DNA of 64,000 bases from Thecamonas trahens ATCC 50062 (taxonomy: Eukaryota > Protista > Apusomonadida), in the NCBI RefSeq assembly GCF_000142905.1, contig NW_013657636.1, forward strand, positions 124,001 to 188,000, written 5' to 3'. The notes below the pieces were generated by a model, which did no database searches, was not told the DNA's origin, and saw only the letters and a list, made by a program, of their open reading frames with translations. Both the position numbers and the translations under genes were made by a program. Below, in pieces: positions 56,065 to 64,000 of this stretch (position 1 is the stretch's first letter; each line of letters begins with the position of its first letter).

Positions 56065-56502
56065 TGCGTCCCCAACTATTAGCCTTGAAGTCGAGTTGTC
56101 GCGCCCGTCCGAGCCTGTCTTGTCGCCGCTGTCCCAGAGCTCTCACCCACACTGAGCCGGTCCGTTCGTTCACGCCTGCCGTCGCGTCAGGACCAGTGAA
56201 ACGCACAGAGGCCATGCCGAACAATCACCGCCCGTAGAGTGCTACAATGCGGCCGGCTCAAACAATGTCCCACCGATTGCACGCCTCTCGAAGTCCAGGC
56301 AATGTCACTCGTTCTGAACCAGCGCCATCGTCTGGCTATGTGTGATGCACCTGTCAGTCATTTGGCCGACCTGTCACTCATGGCTTGATGGATGTGATGC
56401 GGAGAGGCGACAAAACGGAGCGCAATGGCCAGTGCAGAGACACATCGTCGCGCTCAACACACCTGCAATTTACAGTGACCTTTGATTGATCGATAAGAAA
56501 TC

Positions 56503-57867
56503 ATGCTTGGCTTTCGCAATAACGCAGGCAAGGTAGATGGCGGCTACGCCGATCGGCTGAGGAAGGCACGGCGTAACGCGGCCGACGCGCTCCGGGCAGC
56601 TGAGCTTGCTCGCGATCGGGCCAACGCGCGGCTCACGGCCGTGCGCAAGGCGCGCGGGAAAGATGCGGAGCGCAAGGGCTTAGACGCCGGGCTGGCACAG
56701 TACAACATCATCCGCGAGCTTGGGGCGGGGACCTTTGGCACGGCGCGGCTAGCGCAGCGGACGCGCGGCGATGGACGGAGCGAGATGGTGGTCATCAAGG
56801 AGGTCGATGCGATGACCGGCAACGCGCGGCTGGAGGCGCGCAACGAGGTCCGGGTTCTCCGCAAGCTCAAGCATCCGTTTATTGTGCGGTACTTGGGCTC
56901 GCATACGACAACGGGCAAGCTCCACATCGTGATGGAGTACGCGTCCGGCGGCGACCTGCACCAGCGCATCGAGGCACAGCTCAAGCGACGCAAGTACTTT
57001 TCCGAGAAGCAGGCCATGACCTGGATCTGCCAGATCCTGCTCGCACTTGACCACATGCACTCCAAAGCCAAGATTCTGCACCGTGACCTCAAGTCCAAGA
57101 ACGTGTTTGTCGACAAGAACGGCGCTGTCAAGCTCGGCGACTTTGGCCTCTCCAAGGTCCTCGCCCACACGCTCGAGCGCCGGCGTACTCGGACCGGCAC
57201 CCCGCTGTACATGTCGCCGGAGCTGATCAAAGGCGAGCCGTACGACGGCTCCGCTGACATGTGGGCGCTCGGCTGCCTCATCTACCAGATCCTCGCCCTC
57301 CGCATGCCCTTCCGCGGTGCCAACATGGTTCAGCTCTCTGCCAACATCCTCAAGGGTTCGTTCCCGAGCATTCCGGACCACTACTCGCCGAAGCTTGCCC
57401 AGATTGTCGCCGACCTGCTGCAGTCAGACCCTTCCTCCCGGCCGACCTGCCGCGATCTCCTCCGCCGGCCCTACGTCCAACGCTGGTTGTACCGGGTTGT
57501 GCTCGACAAGCCATCGCCGTCGTCCAAGACCCAGACCAAGACCAAGACTGCGGCGCCTGCTGCGGCGCCTACGCCTGCTCCCGCGGCGTACGTGGCAGAC
57601 TCAAACGAGTCGGACGAGTCTGACGATGACGATCTCGGCGGAACGGTGGTCCGGGTGGTTTCCGCAGTGACGCCCGAGGCGCCCGACGTGCCAGACGTGG
57701 CCACCCGCGGCGCGCAAGTGACTGCAACTCGGGTACCCAGGGCATCGCCGGGGCGGCGGATAGCTCCTGCATCGCCGGCACTCACGCCGCGGTACCGCTA
57801 TCGGCCGACGCTCATCCTGCCGCACCTGCAGCCACCGCCGCCACCGTACGATGGACGCCGGTACTGA
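56503..57867 (+). CDS. NimA-related (NEK) Ser/Thr kinase
   Basis: Motifs LGAGTFG, VVIKEV, EVRVLRKLKHPFIV, IVMEYASGGDL, ILHRDLKSKNVF, KLGDFGLSKVL and GTPLYMSPE. Confidence 0.93.
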   Translation: MLGFRNNAGKVDGGYADRLRKARRNAADALRAAELARDRANARLTAVRKARGKDAERKGLDAGLAQYNIIRELGAGTFGTARLAQRTRGDGRSEMVVIKEVDAMTGNARLEARNEVRVLRKLKHPFIVRYLGSHTTTGKLHIVMEYASGGDLHQRIEAQLKRRKYFSEKQAMTWICQILLALDHMHSKAKILHRDLKSKNVFVDKNGAVKLGDFGLSKVLAHTLERRRTRTGTPLYMSPELIKGEPYDGSADMWALGCLIYQILALRMPFRGANMVQLSANILKGSFPSIPDHYSPKLAQIVADLLQSDPSSRPTCRDLLRRPYVQRWLYRVVLDKPSPSSKTQTKTKTAAPAAAPTPAPAAYVADSNESDESDDDDLGGTVVRVVSAVTPEAPDVPDVATRGAQVTATRVPRASPGRRIAPASPALTPRYRYRPTLILPHLQPPPPPYDGRRY

Positions 57868-57909
57868 GCCGACAGCACCCGAGATCAAACACACACCGCG
57901 AGCCATACT

Positions 57910-58701
57910 CTACGCCGCCGCCTCAGTAGCTGCCGCCGCCTTCTTGGGTTTCTTCGGCTCGACAAGCGGAAGATACCACTCCTCGGTCATGCCGGCGGCG
58001 GCGCGGCCGTCAGTGTTGAAAGGCGGCTTGAGGGAGCCGGCAAAGTTGGCGCGCACAAGGTCGTAGAAGAGCGGCAGAGTGTCGAGACCGTCACGGTCGC
58101 AGAGCCAGGTGAACCAGCGGAGGCCAGCGGCGACGTGTGTGATCTCCTCCTCGTAGATGTGCTGCAGCATCTCGGCCGACGTCTTGTCGCCTTGCGAGGC
58201 AAAGCGGGCGATGGTCTTGGGTGTGACGTCGAGCCCATGGGCCTCGTGGACCATATGCATCACCGCCAGCCGGGCAAGAAGCGAGTCTGCGGTCGTCTCG
58301 GCAGTCTCCCACAGGCCCTCGTGGACCGGGAGGGCGCCAAAGTGCGAGCCGAGCTCCTCCAGCCTGGCTACCAGCTGCGAGTGGTGCCGGGCCTCGTCGT
58401 CGGCGACGGCGACCCAGTCGTCAAAGAACGCGTCGGGCAGCTCGGGGTGCTTGGCCGCAAACCGGGCGATGATGTCCCACGAGACGTCGATGGCCCAGGC
58501 CTCGATGTTGGCGAGGGCATGGAGCATGGCGATCCTGCTCTTTGTGCTCTTGGCATGCCGCGGATCAACAACCTCCAGGTGCTCCGGACGACCCGGATGA
58601 TCCGGCGCGGTCACGGCCTCTTCTCCAGCCTCGTCCTCGCCAGCCCGGGCCGGAACGCTCTTGCTTTGCCATGCTGCCACGGCCTCTTCCGTCAGGGCCA
58701 C
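57910..58701 (-). CDS. DUF455 ferritin-like di-iron protein (3' exon; 5' part obscured by intron and gap)
   Basis: Motifs HALANIEAWAID, DEARHH, HEAHGLD, EEITHV and PFNTDGRAAAG; CAG acceptor at 58702. Confidence 0.85.
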   Translation of the reverse strand: MALTEEAVAAWQSKSVPARAGEDEAGEEAVTAPDHPGRPEHLEVVDPRHAKSTKSRIAMLHALANIEAWAIDVSWDIIARFAAKHPELPDAFFDDWVAVADDEARHHSQLVARLEELGSHFGALPVHEGLWETAETTADSLLARLAVMHMVHEAHGLDVTPKTIARFASQGDKTSAEMLQHIYEEEITHVAAGLRWFTWLCDRDGLDTLPLFYDLVRANFAGSLKPPFNTDGRAAAGMTEEWYLPLVEPKKPKKAAAATEAAA

Positions 58702-59370
58702 CTGTGGGGTTGTGAGTGTGATGATGATGACGATGATGGTGATGATGACCAAGATGACCGTGCCCATGACAATGATGATCAAGGCGGTGATGGCCATGAC
58801 TGCACCCCCATGCCCCAACATGTCAATGGTCATGACCATACCACCGATACTCCTTCCCCACACCATCCATACCCCCCCCCNNNNNNNNNNNNNNNNNNNN
58901 NNNNNNNNNNNNNNNNNNNNNNNNNNNNNNNNNNNNNNNNNNNNNNNNNNNNNNNNNNNNNNNNNNNNNNNNNNNNNNNNNNNNNNNNNNNNNNNNNNNT
59001 CAGCGCCCGATGAAACCTGTTGTATAGGGCGGCTGGTGCGCGCTGGTGAGTTCGGGATCTGAGGCGAACATGAGGCCGGGCGATGTGCCCGTTGTGAAGC
59101 GCAGCCCCTGTGCCGCCATCCTACTCGATTTTTGGCGCGTTGACGGGGTGAGGGGGATGCCACAAGATTGGGGTTCATGCCACACGGTGAGGAGGTGGAG
59201 GTGGAGAGGGGGGGGGGGGGCATCAGGTGGCGATCACAGCGTCAAGCAGTTGAGGGCTGTAATGGGGATGATGGGGTGTAGGGAGTGTGGGCAGTCAATG
59301 AGTTCATAGATTCATGGTAGTGGGAGAGCGAGTGAGATCAGAGGATGGGAGGAACACGGAACGTTCTAAC

Positions 59371-60141
59371 TCATAGGACAAGGGCAAAGACGGCCGAGAT
59401 GAGCATGGCAACGGCGGCGGCAGCAGCGACGGGAGTGGTGGTGATGCCGGCCGAGGGGTAGGGGTCCGATCCGGACTCGGTGGTGACGTAGAAGCGGTAC
59501 GAGCCAGAACCACCCTTGTTCGTCCCGTACAGCACCACTGCGATGGTCTTCTCCTCCTGGCTCCGGAGCAGCGGCAGGCCGAGCGTGGCACGGGCGATCA
59601 CGTTGTTCTTGTTTGCCTCACGCACGTCGAGCGAGACGTCCGAGTCGAGCGGGGCCACAAAGGTGGTGGCTGAGAGATAGCCCAGCGATGAGGTGACCGA
59701 GTTGGCATCGATCACAATGTCGGAGGCGATGTCAAGGCCTGCGTTGAGTACCATGATCGAGGTGGTATCGTTCCGTGCCTGCGTTGCCGGGCGAGAGATG
59801 AGCGAGAACGAGGACTCTGAGACCGACGAGGTCGAGGTCTTGACGGCAAACAGACGACGATCGGTCCGGCGGGCAGCAGGCGTGTACGTCTGCTGGATGT
59901 TGGTCCCATCGTTGGAAGAGGTCATCTTGAGGTTGATGGTCACCGCCGGAGTATAATCGAGGACAGCACAACGAGCAAAGGCCACATCGCCCGTCTTCTC
60001 TGCACTCACCGCCGTGTTGGACAGGACCAGCGTCTCGCCTGAGACATAGTTGCAAAAAGTGAGCTCGTCAGCATGGCCCGTCATGGCCAGCACAACCACA
60101 GCAGCCATCACCACCACCACCGCGAACGTAGTGTGCACCAT
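59371..60141 (-). CDS. Secreted, probably GPI-anchored surface protein (DUF4397-like beta domains)
   Basis: Signal peptide, IMVLNA..DIVID...SSLGY motif and a hydrophobic C-terminal tail with no cytosolic residues. Confidence 0.65.
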   Translation of the reverse strand: MVHTTFAVVVVMAAVVVLAMTGHADELTFCNYVSGETLVLSNTAVSAEKTGDVAFARCAVLDYTPAVTINLKMTSSNDGTNIQQTYTPAARRTDRRLFAVKTSTSSVSESSFSLISRPATQARNDTTSIMVLNAGLDIASDIVIDANSVTSSLGYLSATTFVAPLDSDVSLDVREANKNNVIARATLGLPLLRSQEEKTIAVVLYGTNKGGSGSYRFYVTTESGSDPYPSAGITTTPVAAAAAVAMLISAVFALVL

Positions 60142-60271
60142 GATCCTCTTCTTACTTGTTGTCAGAGTGACAGTGCAGTGCTTGTGTCCCCCTCTCTCTC
60201 CCCTCTCCCTACCCTACCTCTCTGGGCATCTATCGTGTCACCGTTGGGTTGCTGGGGAATTGCAACTGAAG

Positions 60272-60885
60272 TGATGCCGGGCTGTGGGGTTGTTGATGGG
60301 CGATGATGGTGGCATAGGCATGGGGTTGCTGACGACGGCATGGGGGTTGTTGATGGGCGATGATGGTGGCATAGGCATGGGGTTGCTGATGCCGGGCTGT
60401 GGGGTTGTTGATGGGCGATGATGGTGGCATAGGCATGGGGTTGCTGATGACGGCATGGGGGTTGTTGATGGGCGATGATGGTGGCATAGGCATGGGGTTG
60501 CTGATGACGGCATGGGGGTTGTTGATGGGCGATGATGGTGGCATAGGCATGGGGTTGCTGATGCCGGGCTGTGGGGTTGTTGATGGGCGATGATGGTGGC
60601 ATAGGCATGGGGTTGCTGATGCCGGGCTGTGGGGTTGTTGATGGGCGATGATGGTGGCATAGGCATGGGGTTGCTGATGACGGCATGGGGGTTGTTGATG
60701 GGCGATGATGGTGGCATAGGCATGGAGTTGCTGATGCCGGGCTGTGGGGTTGTTGATGGGCGATGATGGTGGCATAGGCATGGGGTTGCTGATGCCGGCA
60801 TGGGGTTGTTGACGACGGCATGGGGGTTGTTGATGGTGGTATAGTATGGGCATGGGGTTGTTGACAACGGCATGAGGTGGTTGAT
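60272..60885. repeat. Minisatellite, ~9 copies of 57/58-bp unit with degenerate tail
   Basis: Core GGGGTTGTTGATGGGCGATGATGGTGGCATAGGCATGGGGTTGCTGA with two alternative linkers (GCCGGGCTGT and GACGGCATG). Confidence 0.92.
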
Positions 60886-61037
60886 GGATGGCAGCACAAA
60901 GTGGTCGCTGGCAAACTACGCAAAGAGGTCACTGGTCGACGACGGCACACGGTCGGCCTTTCTCGGGGCATTTACCACGACCTATCACGGGATATGCAGA
61001 TCGGGATGGCGCAACACGTGCGCAACACCCATTGGCA

Positions 61038-62521
61038 TCAGCCATCATATGGCTGCTGGTGCCATGCGGCAGTGTGGGAGAGCGGTGCAGCATGGGCAAA
61101 AGCGTCGAGGAGGTGGGCCGAGAGTCCAAAGAGGGTGTGCTCAGAGAACGCTGGGCCAATGAGCTGCATGCCGAGCGGAAGGATGCCATCGGCGGTGCTG
61201 GCGGTGCCGAGCGGGAGCGAGAAGGCCGGCAGGCCAGCGAGGTTGGCGGGGACGGTGAAGACGTCGTTGGCGTAGGCGGCAAGCTCATGATCCAGCGGCG
61301 CGTCATCAGCAACAGTGCCATCGATGCGTGGTGGGGGTGTTGGCGCCGTGGGTAGCAGCAGTGCATCAACGTGGCCAAAGGCGGCAGCCAGCTCGGCGGC
61401 CAGATCGGCACGGACGCGCCCGGCGGCAACGTAGTACTCGGCGTACGCCGCAGCAGAAAGCACATGAGTCCCCAGAAGAATCCGCTTGCGGACCTCGGGC
61501 CAAAGCCGGCGGTGCGGTTGGCAGTAACAACAGCGTCGTACCCGACGGTATCGCGCCCGGCGGCTCCGTTGCCGTACCGCAAACCGTCGTACCGCGAGAG
61601 GTTCGATGCAGCCTCGGCCGCGGCAATCACGTAGTACGCTGCTAGGGCGACCGGCAGCGACGGGAGCTCGATCCATTCGACTGACGCGCCGCCGGCCTCG
61701 AGCGACCGCGCCGCCTCTCGCCACAGCTGCTTGACCTCGGGCGCAAGCTCAGCAATGAGCGCCGAACGCGGCAGCCCGATGCGCTTGCCGGCCAGCTCGG
61801 GAGCGGCCTCAACGGCATCTGCATACGATCCCAGTGCGGTAATGGCGTCAGGCGCCTGGCACGAGGTGGCGTCGTCGGCATCAAAGCCTGCAATGGCGTC
61901 CAGTCCAGTGGCGGCCATGCCGAGCTCGGCCGCGAGCACGCCGATGGTGTCCATCGAAGAGGCGTATGAGATGAGCCCGCGGCGCGAGACAAGCCCATAC
62001 GTCGGCTTGATGCCAATGATACCGTTGTATGCCGCAGGCAGACGAACAGATCCGCCGGTGTCCGAGCCAAGCGCAATGTGCGCAGCGTTGATGGCGACCG
62101 AGACACCAGCCCCGCCCGACGATCCTCCCGGCGAGCGAGCCGGATGCCAAGGCGAGACGACCGGCCCAGCTGCCGAGTTCTGCGAGTGTGCTCCCATACC
62201 AAACTCGTCCAAGTTGGTCTTGCCCACCATCACAGCATCGGGTAGCGCAGCCTTGAGCGCCGCCACTGCCTTTGCCTCAAACGGCGAGACGTAGTCATCA
62301 AGCAGCAGTGATGCTGCCGTGCTCGGGCCATCTTCCTCAACAGTACAGATGTTGTCCTTGATCGAGATCCTCACGCCAGCCCCAGCCCCTGTCGCCCCTG
62401 ATGCCGTCGCCCCATGCCCTCCCGCCCCACGTCCGCTCCATGCGCTCGGCGGGGTGACCGAGGTAAACGCGTTGAGTCGCGCGTTGGCCCCGGCTAGCCA
62501 CTGGGCGTACCGCGCAGCCAT
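61038..62521 (-). CDS. QRSL1: Glu-tRNA(Gln) amidotransferase subunit A, mitochondrial; frameshift near 61500
   Basis: Motifs IKDNICT, GKTNLDEFGMG, PGGSSGG, GSDTGGSVRLPA, AEAASNLSRYDGLRYG, then EVRKRILLGT and DVFTVPANLAGLPA in the next frame. Confidence 0.93.
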
Positions 62522-62583
62522 AGGAAGTGTTAGAGATAGAGTTAGAGAGGTGTAGTAGTCGGAGTAGTGTGTGTGTGTGTGTT

Positions 62584-62619
<36 letters not shown>

Positions 62620-62887
62620 GCCGTGGCTGATGTGGGTCGGTCGTCCGGTTCCGACGCGACACCGTCGCAAGTTGAGCGATGGGTGGGGCGGGAAGGAGGG
62701 GGAGGGGGAGGAGCGGAGGGGGAAGGGGGAAGGGGGGGGCGGACGGGCCGTGAATGGCGGGCTACGATGAGAACTGATCGGGAAGGTCTGGCTGAGCTGA
62801 TGAGTGGTTTGAGAGAGTGGGTGTGATTGGTGAGGTGGATGGCTGTGCGCGCAGAGGCGAGGATGCCGGAAGCGCAAGGGGGGTACG

Positions 62888-64000
62888 TTACTTGGGATTG
62901 AAGATCTTGTAGATGCCCGACTTGTGGGCAAATATGAAGAGGTGCTCGGTGTCCTCGTCTGACTTTGACGAGATGTTGCCCGGGCCGATGGAACACGACG
63001 AGTAGGCGGCCGAGGACTGGACGAGGACCCAGCCCTCGGCCCGGAGCGCGTCGAGGACCTCCGAGAGCTTAAAGTTCTTGAGGAGCCAACCGAGCTCTGT
63101 GAGCCCGTAAACACGAGTGTGCAGATCGTCGGACTCGACGGAGAACGGCGGCTTGCGCGGGGGGACAACGCCACCGTTGAGCTGCTTCATGACGGCATCG
63201 ACGGGGCCTTCGATGAGCTTGACGCCTGCACCCTTGACAGTGAGGACGACGTATCGCCTCTGGTATGGCGAGTTTTCAGAGGCAGCCTCGGCCTCGAGCT
63301 CAGACGCAATGAGCTCCTCCAGTTTCGTGACTTGGAAGAACGAGGCCTCGAGCAGGAGGCCTTCGAGTGACACGTCGTCGGGGCGGATGAGAACGCCTGT
63401 CCGAAGGTAGTTGAGGAGCGGGCCAAAGTAACGCGGATCGCGGTCAAAGAGGACGGCACCGGACGCGTCGGTGGCCGACGACCACTCGAAGCCGTCACCC
63501 GAGTCGCGTTGCGAGCGGCCAAACAGCCTGGCCAGCATCGAGTCCGGATCGCGACAGAGGGTGGTGCGCGACGTGTGAAACACTTGGCCGCCCACATTGA
63601 GCGAGACCCAGTCCGAGTTGGGCGGCGGCGCCATCGAGACTGCCGGCGACGAGCCAAGAAGGCCGTCGCCACCGTCCGTCGACGAGTACGCCAGCGCTGC
63701 AGCTGAGAGCGACGGCGCCGATCCGGGACCCGGCATGCAGACCGCCGACGAGACAACCACGGCGGTCTGGGTGGTGAGGACCGAGCCGTCGTCCGAGACC
63801 GAGCACAGATCCGAGCCTTCGGCCGTATCGTGCCGCTGTGAGACAACCGAGAGCACACGCTGCAGCTGCTTCGGCCGCGGCGCGTCCGAGACAAACAGCA
63901 AGTCATTGTTCTGGATGACGTCGACCGACCGCACAAGACCGCCCGACTCAGTGTACACCATCTTGGCGTTGATGCCGAGCTCGCGCGAAGCGACCGTGAG
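62888..64000 (-). CDS. KCTD9-like protein (KHA-like + BTB + H1/GFRP-like C-terminal domain), 5' truncated by window edge
   Basis: VYTESGGLVRSVDVIQNNDLLFVS (KHA-like), DWVSLNVGG...FDRDPRYFGPLLNYLRTG and LSEVLDALRAEGWVLV...EHLFIF. Confidence 0.82.
   Translation of the reverse strand, partial: LTVASRELGINAKMVYTESGGLVRSVDVIQNNDLLFVSDAPRPKQLQRVLSVVSQRHDTAEGSDLCSVSDDGSVLTTQTAVVVSSAVCMPGPGSAPSLSAAALAYSSTDGGDGLLGSSPAVSMAPPPNSDWVSLNVGGQVFHTSRTTLCRDPDSMLARLFGRSQRDSGDGFEWSSATDASGAVLFDRDPRYFGPLLNYLRTGVLIRPDDVSLEGLLLEASFFQVTKLEELIASELEAEAASENSPYQRRYVVLTVKGAGVKLIEGPVDAVMKQLNGGVVPPRKPPFSVESDDLHTRVYGLTELGWLLKNFKLSEVLDALRAEGWVLVQSSAAYSSCSIGPGNISSKSDEDTEHLFIFAHKSGIYKIFNPK

Noticed and set aside
60162-60971. 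Repetitive His/Gln/Pro proteins in three frames
   Set aside because: They are translations of the 57/58-bp minisatellite; mixed unit lengths shift the frame, which argues against coding.
9330-61505. Programmed ribosomal frameshifting or mass pseudogenisation (about 10 frameshifted genes)
   Set aside because: The breaks are mostly single missing bases, several in homopolymers, with no shared slippery motif. They hit conserved genes (RACK1, GatA, PP2C) whose flanks are undecayed, so draft sequencing error is the simplest explanation.

Overview
GC-rich, gene-dense eukaryotic genomic DNA with few short GT-AG introns and two assembly gaps (N runs at 48660-48759 and 58881-58999). It is consistent with a free-living protist, possibly the apusomonad Thecamonas trahens; that identification is inferred from style and not verified. 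About 31 protein-coding genes are supported: formin, C10orf67/DUF4709-like, a divergent Ras-like GTPase, a kinase-F-box-LRR fusion, CLYBL/CitE, M14 carboxypeptidase, UPF0390, PP2C, NDUFS1, DPP3, a DUF6183-like protein, iodotyrosine deiodinase, a secreted His1 (LPMO-like) protein, two KCTD-like genes, OSGIN-like, an atypical transketolase, two tandem Pmp-like beta-helix membrane proteins, an annexin-like gene, RACK1, PAQR, GatC, RPS6, DDRGK1, PCYOX1, NEK kinase, DUF455, a GPI-type surface protein, GatA and two hypothetical genes. Also present are two non-autonomous piggyBac relics and several minisatellites. Most notable: (1) both piggyBac relics sit exactly on the TTAA that forms a host gene's stop codon; (2) a small secreted protein with a histidine-brace/LPMO-like signature is visible only after splicing; (3) the kinase-F-box-LRR fusion; (4) a receptor-like gene pair with variable N-terminal and near-identical C-terminal halves; (5) bacterial-type genes (DUF6183-like, atypical transketolase); (6) minisatellites concentrated in divergent promoters; (7) a ~200-nt rod-like hairpin. 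Many single-base frameshifts, including one in RACK1, are most likely draft-assembly errors. Family assignments come from motif recognition by eye, not database searches.
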